The notes under the pieces were generated by a model. The model saw only the letters and a program-made list of their open reading frames with translations, ran no database searches and was not told the DNA's origin. Below, in pieces: positions 12,941 to 25,090 of a stretch of 64,000 nucleotides of DNA. The stretch lies in the NCBI GenBank assembly GCA_051294375.1, contig CM119266.1, positions 25,482,519 to 25,546,518 of the forward strand. The letters run 5' to 3'. The stretch comes from Paraspadella gotoi. Taxonomy: Eukaryota > Animalia > Chaetognatha. Both the position numbers and the translations under genes were made by a program. The number at the start of each line of letters is the position of its first letter. Positions within the stretch are counted from its first letter, which is position 1.

Positions 12941-15085
12941 TCATCTCAGTTTCCAGTCATCGTCTTCCGCCCAATCATCCTTAGCCCAGAAAGGCATGGG
13001 CGTTTCAAAGTCAAAATTAGGACCCGCGTATCTTAAAGCGTGGAGAAACATCACGAGATCCTTGGGCCGAGGATCCGTTGGTGGACGAAGACAATCCTTG
13101 CAAGTGTAGTCTTTGGAAAAAGTCGGATTTTCTGAGGAAACGAGAGTATTGATGCAAGACGTGCTGTCGGACGGCGTCTCCCTTTCGGCGCCTTTTTCCA
13201 TTTCCCCTTCCACGGTCGAGTTCAATCTCGTTTTTTTTGGCGGTGGAATTTCGTTCTCGGAAGTCGAAGCGTCGAGACCGGTGTCAGCGTCTGTATTTTT
13301 TAAGTCTTGGTTTTTATCCGTATCAGATGCAGAGTTGGATTCGCCACAAGATCGACGATTCTCATTTTCTCCGACCTCGTTCACCTTCTTCTCCATCAAC
13401 TCTTCGAACACTTGAGGATCCAAGTAGTTGTCTATGGAATGCAGGCGTGAAGCATCCTCGACAAGTTGCTCGTCAGTTTTTCCGTCACAGTCTCCCCCAC
13501 GACCGTTCTGAGAACCCCATACTTCGGGGCAATTGTAATAAGAATCGTTGAGTATGGGAAATCCGAGGTATTGGAGGTGAACCTACGGGTTACGAAGAAA
13601 ATGTTAAATTTTCATAAATTTTAAACTATGTCAAAAATACTGACCCTAATCTGATGCGTCCTTCCGGACTCAGGGACGCACTTAACGACGCTTGATTTTC
13701 CGTTGAAGGAGAGTCTCTTGAAGGAGGTTCGCGATGGTTTTCCGCCGACCGGGTCGACTCGGACGAAGCCCAACTTGGACGAGATGTACCGCAAGGGGGC
13801 TTCGACGAGAATTGGGGAATCGGAAACCGGAAATTCACCCTCCACCCGACAAACGTACTCTTTACGAAGTTCGCGGTTTTTAACTTGGGCAGCCAACTCC
13901 CTCGTCAGGGAAATGTTTTTGACGAATATTAAGACGCCGGATGTGGCACGATCGAGACGGTGGATGGAGCGAAGGTTTCTAAAGAAAAAAAAAAAAAAAA
14001 CAGGCATAATCATTTTTCGCGCCCAGGAATAACTTAAAAACTGCTCACTTGTAACCCATTTCATTGGACAAAATCATGGTTATTGTGTTATAGCGGAATC
14101 GCCCGCAAGGGTGCACCGGGATCGATGCGGGTTTGTCCACCACCAAGAAGTCGTCATCGTCTCGTACGATGCCGATAGTCGCCGCCGTCACTGGCAGTTC
14201 ATGACGGTGAACGACGGAGGACATGAAGTCGTTGTTGCGCAATCGATACGTCGCGGAGACAGGGCGGCCTATGAAAGTGCGAGTTGGGTTAAAAAGTCTG
14301 ATGCGATGAAAAGATCCCTTTGAAATCAAGGCTAACCGTTAACGGTGATGAGGCCGCATTTGAGCCGCGTTGCGTAGTTTTCTTCGATGTCGTATCGAAA
14401 CTCGGATTTGATGACGTCGAGAATTTCGCGTCCGAGCCAGCGACCACGGGCGTACGTCTGTAACGATTAGTAACAGTATAGAGACGGGTAATATTAAAAA
14501 TTTTCATTAGAAATAACGATCAATAGTTTAAAAGGTAATAGAAAATTCTAAATGTTTGACGATACGAAACATACACGAATGCCAACCTGGTACTTGAACA
14601 GGTAAGGAAGGACCTTCCTCAATCCGTTTTCGAAGAAATAGCACGGTTTTATTTGATCGTCAAACGCGGGATCCACAATTCTTCGAGCGGTTGCCTGATA
14701 TAACCAGACAGTAAACCAAATGCCTTGCGAAAGCGTAATTTAGTCAATTTCGACCCACCTCCCGCTTCTTTTGCTTCTCAAACAATTTCTTTTTTTCTTT
14801 TTTGAATCTTTTTTTCTGGGCCTTTGTCATCGGCGGCGGCGGCGACGACGACGACAACGTTCTCGTATCATTCACGCCCGGAGATCCCGTCGTTTGAGAG
14901 CAATGTTCAAGACGTTCTAAATTCTCTTCTCCCTTCGCCGAATCTTCGCTAATTGGATTTTCTGTTTCGGCCTCGGACGAGATCTCCATGTTCGCGATAG
15001 ATTTCGACTTGGTCCCGAGGAGGCAGCGAACAAGACGAGGTTTCAGTACGGAAATGTTTAGAGTTCGGATGGCGCGGGACACCAT
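12941..15085 (-). CDS. RPUSD2: RluA-family RNA pseudouridine synthase (RPUSD2-like)
   Basis: LRKVLPY..Y.TYARGRW, VHRHE.PV, VVDKPASIPVHPCGRFRYN, catalytic [39 protein letters not shown]. The start codon may be a downstream Met. Confidence 0.9.
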
Positions 15086-15347
15086 CGGTTAACGGCGAAG
15101 TCCGCTAAGTTCAACATTTGAAGAAAGACTTGGAAAAAAAAAATAAAAAAAATAAAATGTAAAGAAAGACAATTCTAACGTAACGAGTAACGACGTAACA
15201 AAACAAACTTGTCGCAGGTAATCTCTTCCCCCCCCCTTTTCAATCACTTAGTCTCTATTACGTCTCTCTTTCACTTTCTGTTTCTCCCACTTATCGCAAA
15301 TTCTCTCCCACGCCATCGCGTGTCGAAACTCGGGGAACCAAGTAAAG

Positions 15348-15447
<100 letters not shown>

Positions 15448-15571
15448 AGAGAATGATATCGATTAACCCAGGCGCCAACCCGGCTTAATCGTTTCTACTC
15501 TTTAGAGAGGAAAATGGGAGATTGCATAGAGAAGAAAAATCTAGAAAAGCGAGTGAAAAACAAGATCGTAG

Positions 15572-16754
15572 TTAATTGTCGTCGTCGCCCCCTTGAAATA
15601 TTGCTTTGATGAGTTGTCGCTTTTTAGCCTTGACCTCCGTTGCCGAGTTTTTCTCGTTCCCTCCTTTTCTCTTCCTCTTGTGTCCACCTTTCTTCTTTTC
15701 TGCACTTTCCACAGTTTCGTCTTCACCCATTGTCGTTGGTGTCGTCGCTGTCTTTGACGCCTTCTTCTGAATGACTGTCTTAATTTCGTCCTCCGTCTGT
15801 TTCTGATAAAACTGCCACTCCCGCCGATTTACATCCTTTCCCTTGGCGAGGACCCGTTTGTCGGCCTGGGCTTTGTCGGCCAGGTCGCGGAAGTGGTGCG
15901 CCTCTTTGCGGGCGTTTCCAACCTCGAGGCGCATCTTCTGTTCCTCGACGGCTCGCTCGTAGGCGAGACGGTCGACGAGGTTATGCCACTTGAAGCGAGA
16001 TAGATACTGTGAGTACAAGGAGACAAATTGAGAAAATTCTCTATAAGTAAAAGTTTAGATTTCAACACTCCAGAAAACTAGTTTGTAACAGATTGACTTA
16101 AAAATATATATTTTCATTGAGCTTAAAGCGGCTAACCTTCATGTTCCAAGTGTCCGCGTACCAGGGATGCCGCTTCTTACCGCCGACCACGGAACAGTTG
16201 AGTATTCGAGCGGCGCGTTTGGCGTCCGCCTTCCGCTTATACTCGACCCAACCTTCGACGTAATAGTTTCTCTTAGCCCGGCGCTTTCGAGGGTCATGGT
16301 CCTGTTGGAGGTACACACGACCCAAGGGACCCAGGGCTCCGAGGGCTAATCTAATTTGCTGAAGGTCCATGGCCGTCGGAATGGAACTGAGGTAGACGAC
16401 GCCGCGCTCGGAGCTTTTCTTGGATTTCGCCGTGCGAGAGGCGGCGTCATCGATGTCCATTAGCTCCGGGGGGTTAGGTTCACGGAAAGTTTCATTAGGG
16501 ATTTTGCTTTCGGATTCGTCTTCGTGTTTAAGAAGTTCTGCGTCGTCCTCATTAAATTGAAGGCGATCACTAGTTTCCATTTCGGTGCGAAATTCTTCAG
16601 TCAAAGCGAATCGTTCATCGATTCCTTCGCCACTCTCCGTATCTCGTTTGTCTTCGCGATTGGCTGCATTTGTAATTTTACAGCGCTCGTCTAATATGCA
16701 ATCTTTCAGCTTTAATTTGACTTCGTTCCCAGCGTTTTCTTCATCAGCGCTCAT
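15572..16754 (-). CDS. ABT1: Activator of basal transcription 1 / Esf2 (exons 16754-16137, 16006-15572)
   Basis: GVVYLSSIP, GRVYLQ, YVEGWVEY, GGKKR...DTWNMKYLSRFKW..L...LAYE...EQKMRLEV. Confidence 0.93.
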
Positions 16755-16922
16755 TTTCACGATATAAAATGTGTCACAATAATAACATTAATTTAACCTG
16801 GAGATCGAAATGAAGCGTAACAAAACTTTGGTAACTTACCAATAACTTATATAAATAGAAAAATCTAAAAACTAAAATGGAAAAAGCTCCTTCATTCAAT
16901 TAAGTAAAGCAGACGTCAATTA

Positions 16923-18468
16923 TCAATAAAAAACGCATCGGACCTTGTGCACTGGGATTTTAGCCAATCTGGCCTCCTCTTTCTTGCACCACGTCCAGAG
17001 AAAAAAATCAACAAGGATCGAATTGACGGCGGCCTCTCCATTTCCGCGCTCCCTTAAAGCAACGCGGGTCCGCTCTTTGATCAACTCGCAGGCGTGAATG
17101 GAGCAGCCGCGAATCTCTACCTCTTCCCTTTCGCCAGATTTCATCAGAGTCCCGGCCTCTAGGCGCCGCGTTAACGCCGGTGAATACACGATGGCGCCGG
17201 TAAAAGCGAGCGCCTGAGGGACGCGATAATCGGCGAACATCGTGAGGGAGTCGATGTCGTGAAAGGAGCCCAAACCGCGACCCTAAAAGAGTTTTCACCC
17301 AAATATGCGGCGATTAAAAAAAAAGAACTCAGATCCTTGCAATAACCAATGATCGAGATAAAATAATGGGGATGACGGGGCAAAATGGTGATGCTAAGCA
17401 TGTTTTTTAGCAAATGTAAAGCAATCAGTTGGAAAGTTCAGCTATTAAGACAACAAAAATGGAATTAAGATACTTCAGGTAGCTAAAATTAGCAATCCCC
17501 ATCTTACCCCATGTCCCCGTCTTGCCCTGTCTTACCCTACTTCAATTTCCTCAAGGCCAGAAACAAAAAAAAAAAAAAACCCATCGCTACACCTGAAAAC
17601 ATCCCCAAAGATCAGCGACCAAAATCTGCGCGCGCTTGTAGAAGCAGACCGTCTTGCTCTCGAACATCGCCTCGTCAACGAAGGAAGGAAAATTTTCGAC
17701 GACGAGGTCGACGAGCCGTTGGGCGGATCCTGCCGCTTCGAGGATGCAATTGACAAATGAACCGCCGAACTTCTTTAAAAGCGTCCGGCCATTGCGATGG
17801 AGAATTTCCAACCGCTCGTCGAAAAGCGGGATTTCCTCTTCCGTCTCGGATCGAAAGATGAGCTGAAGTTGCGAAGCGGAGATGCCGGCGAAGACACGCG
17901 GAGAAGTTAACTCGAAACCGGACGCTAAGGATCGATTGACCTGAGAACGGATATCGATGGAGACAAGGAAAAACGATTTTGTCACGACGGGGCACAACTT
18001 TTTGGTCAAGAACTTCAAATCGAAAGTTCCGATTTTCATCAATCAAAAGAACTACCAGATCAACAAAAAAAAAAATGATCGCTCTGTACCAACTCAACCA
18101 AAACTCACAAACGACTACACCCAACCCACCGCGGCGCAAAGGCTCCAGTATCCCGTATAACGCTCGCCATCAAACTCAACGGCGAACCTTTTCTCCGCCG
18201 ACTCGTCGCTCCAGAAGGAAAAGTTGAGGGAGTCGACGAAGAAAATCCAGTCGACGACAGACTCGGCGTCTGCCCCCGATGTAGTCTCCACGGAAGGGTG
18301 GAGCTTCTCCGCCGACCAGCAGGCCGGGCCGAAACCTTCCTCCGCCACAGCCCTGGCCAACAGCGCCGCCGCAGCCTCGACGCCGACGGATGAGACGGAA
18401 ACGTCTTTGGCGTGGGCGGCAACGAATGCGCCCGCGGGGGCGGGATGAAGTCTGGTTGTGGCGGTCAT
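16923..18468 (-). CDS. QNG1: Queuosine 5'-phosphate N-glycosylase (queuosine salvage protein, C9orf64 family), 3 exons
   Basis: WIFFVDSLNFSFWS, YTGYWSLCAAVNR, FYKRAQILVADLW, LTMFADYRVPQAL, EVEIRGCSI, NSILVDFFLW, H.VRC.FY. Confidence 0.93.
17367..17539. mobile_element. Possible degenerate MITE in QNG1 intron 2
   Basis: Imperfect terminal inverted repeats: TGGGGATGACGGGGCAAAATGG (17367-17388) versus reverse complement TAGGGTAAGACAGGGCAAGACGG (17517-17539), about 17/23 matches. The intron is longer than its neighbours. Confidence 0.35.
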
Positions 18469-19229
18469 CGAGAAAAAGGCGATGAAGTGACGGAATGAAA
18501 AATTAGTTTGAATTGTCGGAGGGAGGATATGTGGACGGATTCCCTCGCTTGACTCTGGGCGATAATAATATAGAGAAACGTTGAGACTTAACTGTTTAGG
18601 CATTAATTTATGAAAATAAGAAATCAAGCTTCTCCACGGCGTGGACCACGCTCGGAACAATGGGTAAGGTTCACCCAATTCAATCTCCGGCAAAATCGCC
18701 AACAATGAATCACCGATTCATGGGAAGTCATCGTCCTCTTCATCCATCGCCACATCGAGAGAATGCTCGTTTTATTCTGCTCCGAAGGACCCGATGGCCC
18801 GGATCGAGCATAATTGCCCCGACAACGAGAGGAAGAAGAAAAAAATCTGGAACATAATCCTGTAGGGTCGCCATCTGCCTTTCGACAAAAGACAAAAAAA
18901 AAGAAGCCACTTGGTAGCTTTAAATACACCACTATTTCTTTTTTAATTTTCAGGGAAAAAAATTTAAAGAGCTATCGATTGGTGCAAGAAAAATTTGAAT
19001 TGGTTGAGGCAGTAGAATATACAGTGTGTTCCAATGGTACTGTCGGTTATTTTTTACATATTGTGCGGAACCGTGTTATTAAATCTTATTTCTGAGATAA
19101 CAATGTCAAGATAAGTTCGTTACCATTTACTGATACTATATTTCATATTAAAATTTCTATATAAAAAAATTTCTATATTAAAAACTGGAAGGACGCAGAA
19201 ATACGTCCCGACGAAAGAGCCCTAAGAAT

Positions 19230-22200
19230 CCATGGAATGACATAATTTCTATCGTTAAGATCTGTGACGTCTCAAGAAGTACTAGCCTAATGTTGTCACA
19301 AAAATATTAATAGAGTCCCTCATATGAGCAGGAATCAATCAATTATGGAGTGTTTTGCCGCAGTATCCAAAATTAGAGGCAAAAAATTAATGATATGTCC
19401 AGTCATTTGTGAGTAAAGACGGTTTGGCTGAAGCCATAAAACCCTATTTTCGACCTCAAGAAACAAGTACATGTGTGCCAAATTTGTCTAACGAGTCCAC
19501 AATTTATACCGACCTCTTCAACCCACACTGTCTTTGCAGAGACACATCCAAAGGTCCTTCTTTTCTAATCTTATGAACTCACCAACTCCATTCTCGTCGT
19601 TCAGCTCAGGCAAACAAAACTGTTGAAGTTTCTGAAAAAAATTCGCTGGAAAATCCGTGAAAACTGTGAGACCAAAAAACATTGAAGACAACGTTACTTC
19701 TGAGAAAAACCTAACACCATGAAAAAAAATCAGTTATTAATTGGCAAGTCCGTCAAACAGGTGCGCTATCTCATGGAAAGGTGCAGATCTCACCTGTACA
19801 TCGCTATTTGGGAAACGTGGACCTCCAATCCAACCAATGACTCCATAAAAGCCTATATTGAAAGCAAGGGTATCAGCTTCTGGATTCGTTCAAAACGAAT
19901 GCAAACAAAATCGATTCAAATCCTTTCATCTCACTGTAAAAAAGAGCGACATCAGTAAAGTCGACAATCCGGACATGTGGCCCGAGATATCGTTCATTCG
20001 CCGGATACTTTTTCCAAAGAATGAAAAGCAGTCCTCAAGAATCAACAGAAACTCTGTAATGGATCCTAATACATCCACATCAACTAAGTTGACCGTCTCA
20101 ACTTACAACAATCATGGTCTACAGCGAAGTAAGGAATATATCTATCGGCTTCTGTAAGAAAATGAAATCAAGTGATTGCTCTGCAAGAACATTGGCTGCG
20201 TCCTTCTCATAAGAAACATGTCGGGGTAAACAAACTGCGATCTGTTCACCTAAAATATGAAGGCTACGGTACATTCTGAATGGACATGACTCAATACATA
20301 GAGGTTAGACTATGGGGGAACAGGGTTTTTGTGGCCAAAGAAATTTTCAAGTAATTAAACCTCGTTACGAATATAAGCATAAGCGTGTTTCAGTCTTGCA
20401 AGTAGGATGATAAAGATTACAATCTGTTTGTTTATTAATATTTCATGCACCATTTTTCGATATGAAAAATAGATTAGAAAAAAGAGATGGACTATAGAGA
20501 TACGTATAGGTTTTTGTTGAATACATTGTTATGATAATAGAAACTGTAAAATAATTTTATTTATGGATATGAACTGGTTAATTTTTTTGACTTACCGCCA
20601 CCCATTTACAAAAAATACTAAGACCTTTCAATATGTTCTTAAAATTTCGTATCATGCTTTTGTAAATGCCTATTTTTGATCCTTTAACTATGTGGACAAG
20701 AAAGGACTCGAAATCGTACTCATTAATCGATGGGATATCTTTAATAAAAGTTTATTCACCTTTTGATCATAATGTGAAATTTGTTACGACGGTTGATAAT
20801 GTTTCTGATCATTATCCAGTATTCATTAGACATATTTGTTAAGCTTTAAAAGCCAATAAGGTTAGTCCTTTAGCAGAACTCCATTTGTTAACTGGAAAAA
20901 CTTAAATTAGAAAGATTTAAATCATATGAAACAACTTATCTTTAGAATTAGACAAAATTACTGTTTCCCGGTTGATTCCCTTATTACATGGCGAAAATAA
21001 CATGTGATGACAATCATATTTTAGTATTGGAACGATATTTTTTGTGACATTGTTCACTACAATAAAGTAGCTGACGCTACTCTGCCACGAACTCTTCCTT
21101 ATTATTCAAAAAGCCTTTTGAATGATGATTGATCACATTTTAAAAAAAGCAATCAATTGAGCTGTTTACGTTTGGCGTAACTGTGGAAACAAATAGGTGG
21201 TTCTATCTTTAATGCAAAAGTAAAAAAGCTATACAATGCTATAAACATGCTATAAAAAAGCAAACACAAGAAGAGTCAAATTTGTAAACTCCTGACAAAA
21301 TTATTACGATTTAATGAATGAAAGATTGTGTGTAGGGTTTTGGAACTCATGGCGTAAATGCAGGGTAAACACGGATATTAATAAATGATTGATGGTTATT
21401 TGTGACAATACAATTGCTAATCACTTGCTTTGAATACAAATCATGTGTATTGATGATTTTAATGCTGAAAGTAACGAACGACTGAAATCAAATTTTGGTG
21501 AAAATATAAAGCTACTGTCAATCTTTAGCAGAGACATCTATTAGACCATACTTGCATTTCATGGGATGAGTTCTAACCGCTTTTGAAGTAAAGCAGGTAA
21601 AATCTTACGCCTCTTTTATTACTCCAGAACATTTGATTCATGCGTGCCCTAAATATTAATTCATATTCACAGTTACTTTTAACAGTTTTATTCAACCACG
21701 CCTATGTTTGTTCAGACTTTTTAGATGGACTAATTATTCACAATAGTGAAAGATTACAGTGGTGACTTTGTACCGTCTCTAGATTACCGAGGAAATAAAC
21801 TCTGTCATCAGTTTTAGTCAATTGTTGAGCACTTGTCTCTTGTTAAAATTTGGGCATTATCTTTTTTCAATGACTGCAATTTGTTATAAGAAATCTCATT
21901 CTACTTCTCATGCAATTGTTTCACTCTACGGAACCTGCATAGATTATTTTCATGTTCATGGTTCGGGTGTTTACAGTACATTTATGGATTGCTAGCAAGG
22001 GTTTTGACAAAGTGATCATTATGGTCTTTTTACTAAGCTTATAGATCGTGGAAGTGCCATTATGTTCTTAAAAATCTTGGTATACTGGTTATAGCAATAA
22101 AAGTAAATGTAGATGGAAAAGTAACCATTATGATTCATTTGTAGTGTCTTCTGGCGTACGCCAAGGAGGAGTCCTCAGTCCCTTACTTATGGGCAGTATA

Positions 22201-23075
22201 TGTCAACGATTAATTTTGGCACAAAAAAAATCAGTTGTGGTTGTTACATAGGGACATATTTTTGTAGCATGGCATATTTTATGCAGACGATATAGCATTT
22301 AACTTTCACCAACGATAAGAGGTATGCAAGTCTTTAATTGACATTTTGTGCCAAAATATGCCAAAGGATTTTTGTTTACATTAGCTTCAAAAAAACGAAA
22401 GTCATTAAGTATTTTGGGAACGTGGCAAACTACAATTCAAATGATATACTTTTTCTCGATGGTAACTGTATCGATCTAGTTGATAAATGGACATATCTAG
22501 GCGTCAACCTTAGGTATGTGAAAGAGACAGCTTGTTTGAGCCAAGCAAGAATGAGTATTCTTTTTTTAGATCAAGTAACTGTTTTGGATAAATGCCTTGT
22601 TAAAACCCTTCAGAGGAATTTATTGATGAAATTGTATTATACTAACTGTGTTCCGGTTCTCCTTTATGGTTGTTGAAGCTAAAAATTTTTCTGTACGTAA
22701 TATGAATAGACTTAATGTTGCGTAAATGTGTGTACGAAAGATTTTTGGATATAATCGGATGGGAAAGTGTGAGAGAACTTAGGAGTATGTTTGGATACAC
22801 GACTTACTCTACAATTTTTAATAAATCGTTAAGAAAACTTATCTCAAGATATATACAATTGATAAATACTGTCTTCAGAAACTTTGTTCCATTTTTTATT
22901 TTCAACATCAAAGAACAATTTAATTGTTTAAATTTAATTAATTAATTTTTATTTAATTAACTGTTGTTTTTTTCTCTCTATTTTATGTTTTTTGCTTAGA
23001 CTTAGTCTTCTTTGTTTGTTGTTTGTGATGATGATTGTACTGAATCAACCTCATTGTTATTTTCGAATAAAATCG
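19230..23075 (+). mobile_element. Disrupted non-LTR retrotransposon (LINE, CR1/L2-like): ORF1 remnant, AP endonuclease and reverse transcriptase
   Basis: ORF1-like FKSFHLTV...DMWPE; endonuclease pieces LTVSTYN.HGL, IALQEHWL, VSDHYPV; RT pieces SKGFDKV, SGVRQGGVLSPLL, YADDI, WTYLGV, YYTNCVPVLLYGC; AATAAA near 23066. Many frameshifts; the 5' boundary is approximate. Confidence 0.88.
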
Positions 23076-25090
23076 CATATATATTCGAATTCAATTTTTA
23101 TCATTTTTTTTTGCCAGAACATTCAATTTAAATGAGTCATAATTTCTCACTTTTTTAATTTTTAGATATTTTTTATTTTAAAATAAATTTATTAAAAAAA
23201 TTATGTAAAAAAATATTTTAAATAAATATAAGTTATTTTAATTTGTATAAAAAAGTGCATTAATAAAAAGAAAAATAAATATTTAAAAAATATAAAAATT
23301 GATAAAAAGATGTTAATTAATTTTAAATTTAAATTTTATTATTGGAAGTTGTGAGCGATTGAATCATTAAGGCAAAACAAAATGGTTGCTATTTATTCAA
23401 AAAATTATTATTAAATCAATTAAAAAAGTAATATGAACAAGTAGATAATTTTAAAAATAATGATTATAAAAGTTCTGGAGCTAAAAATATGAGGTAGTTT
23501 TTTACTGTCTTGCATTTAAAGAAAATATTTAAAACAATATTTAATCAATATTATAAAAAATATATAATTTAAAATTTTTTTTTACAAAATCAGTAAAAAA
23601 TTTGTTTTACCAATTGCATTATGTAATAATTCAAGGAGTTTGCTTTGTTCAATTTTGAAAATTTAGGTATCCTATAAAATGGTCCATACTTGTGCGCATA
23701 TTCATTATAATAAATTAAAGTTTTTCGATCTGGTATATAAAAAATTTTGATATGAAAAATGTTTGAAATTAATCTTGAGTATGTTATCACTCAACTGCTT
23801 TTTCTTTATTTTTAAAAGATTGCTTTTAATATAGTTTCTCTACTTATTTTAATTTGATTTAGGTTAAAAATGGTTGACACCTATTTGATGCTGAATTTGT
23901 TCAGCTAATTTCATATTATAAATATATTATAATAAAGAAAAATTAGATACTCTTTATTCTTTATTCTCGTCAGATGTTTTATACTAATTGACTGACGTCC
24001 TATAACTTTCTGACGCTAATATCAGTTTTAATGGGACCTGGGCCAATCGATTTATCTTTCAATAAGCATTGTTTTATGTTTCTATATTTCAATGAAATTC
24101 ATCCATCCAATATAGTTTTTTCGGTGTGAAAGAAGTGACTTCTTTTTTTTTGCGCCGCAGTGTATTTTCTCAAAATCTATCAAAATCTGTTTGCAGTTCT
24201 AATATAAAATACATAAAATGTATAGCTAATATATTTTATTATAATTCAGTATTTTTCTCATCTTAACTTTCAATTGCTTATTAATTAATTATGAGATGAT
24301 GATCGTCACAGATACGCATATAAATTATTATTAATAACAGGTAAAATTGGGATTTTTTGGGATAATAATAAAATTAAAAGTAATAAGATTAATTTGTAAA
24401 CATTAATAAAAAGTTAAAAATCTGAAAACCAATTGATAATAGGAATAAGAACAACCACATGACCCCATGAGGTTTTTAGAAGACTAGAAAGGGGGTACAC
24501 AACTTAACGTACTGAAAATACGGATTATGTTAGGAAATCTTCACAAGAGTACAACTGACAAAATAATAAATAATGAGGCACCACTGTAAAAATAAGCCGA
24601 ATACCCCGGAATGAAACAAGCGCGATTTTGATGTCTAAACACAACTCGTGAGATTATATTGTACTCGTGGAGTAGCTATAACTTTGACGTCGTTTAACTT
24701 TAATGTTAATTTAATAAATTATATAAGATTGTATAAATTTGAATGAAGTAAAAGTTATTCTTTAGGTTAAGTGAGTCTTAGCCGTAATTCAAAGCATTTG
24801 TCTGTGAAGTAGGCTTTAGTCACACGCTCCACGAAATAAAACTATTTTAAACCAATCTCTTTTACGCGTATCGGCGAAAAAAAAGGTACGTAATTTTATC
24901 CGATTGACGAGTGAAAATATTTGACGAAGATCCGCGATGGACTTTCGTGGGGGCAATTTAATAACTGATAATGATCCGTGTCGATAGGTGATCCATAGAC
25001 GATCCCGCTGATAATCTCAAGAAGCCGTCCAAGGAGATCGCGAGCCCGGAAACCCAAGAGGCCGGCCGCGCGAGTGCCAGAGGAGGAACG

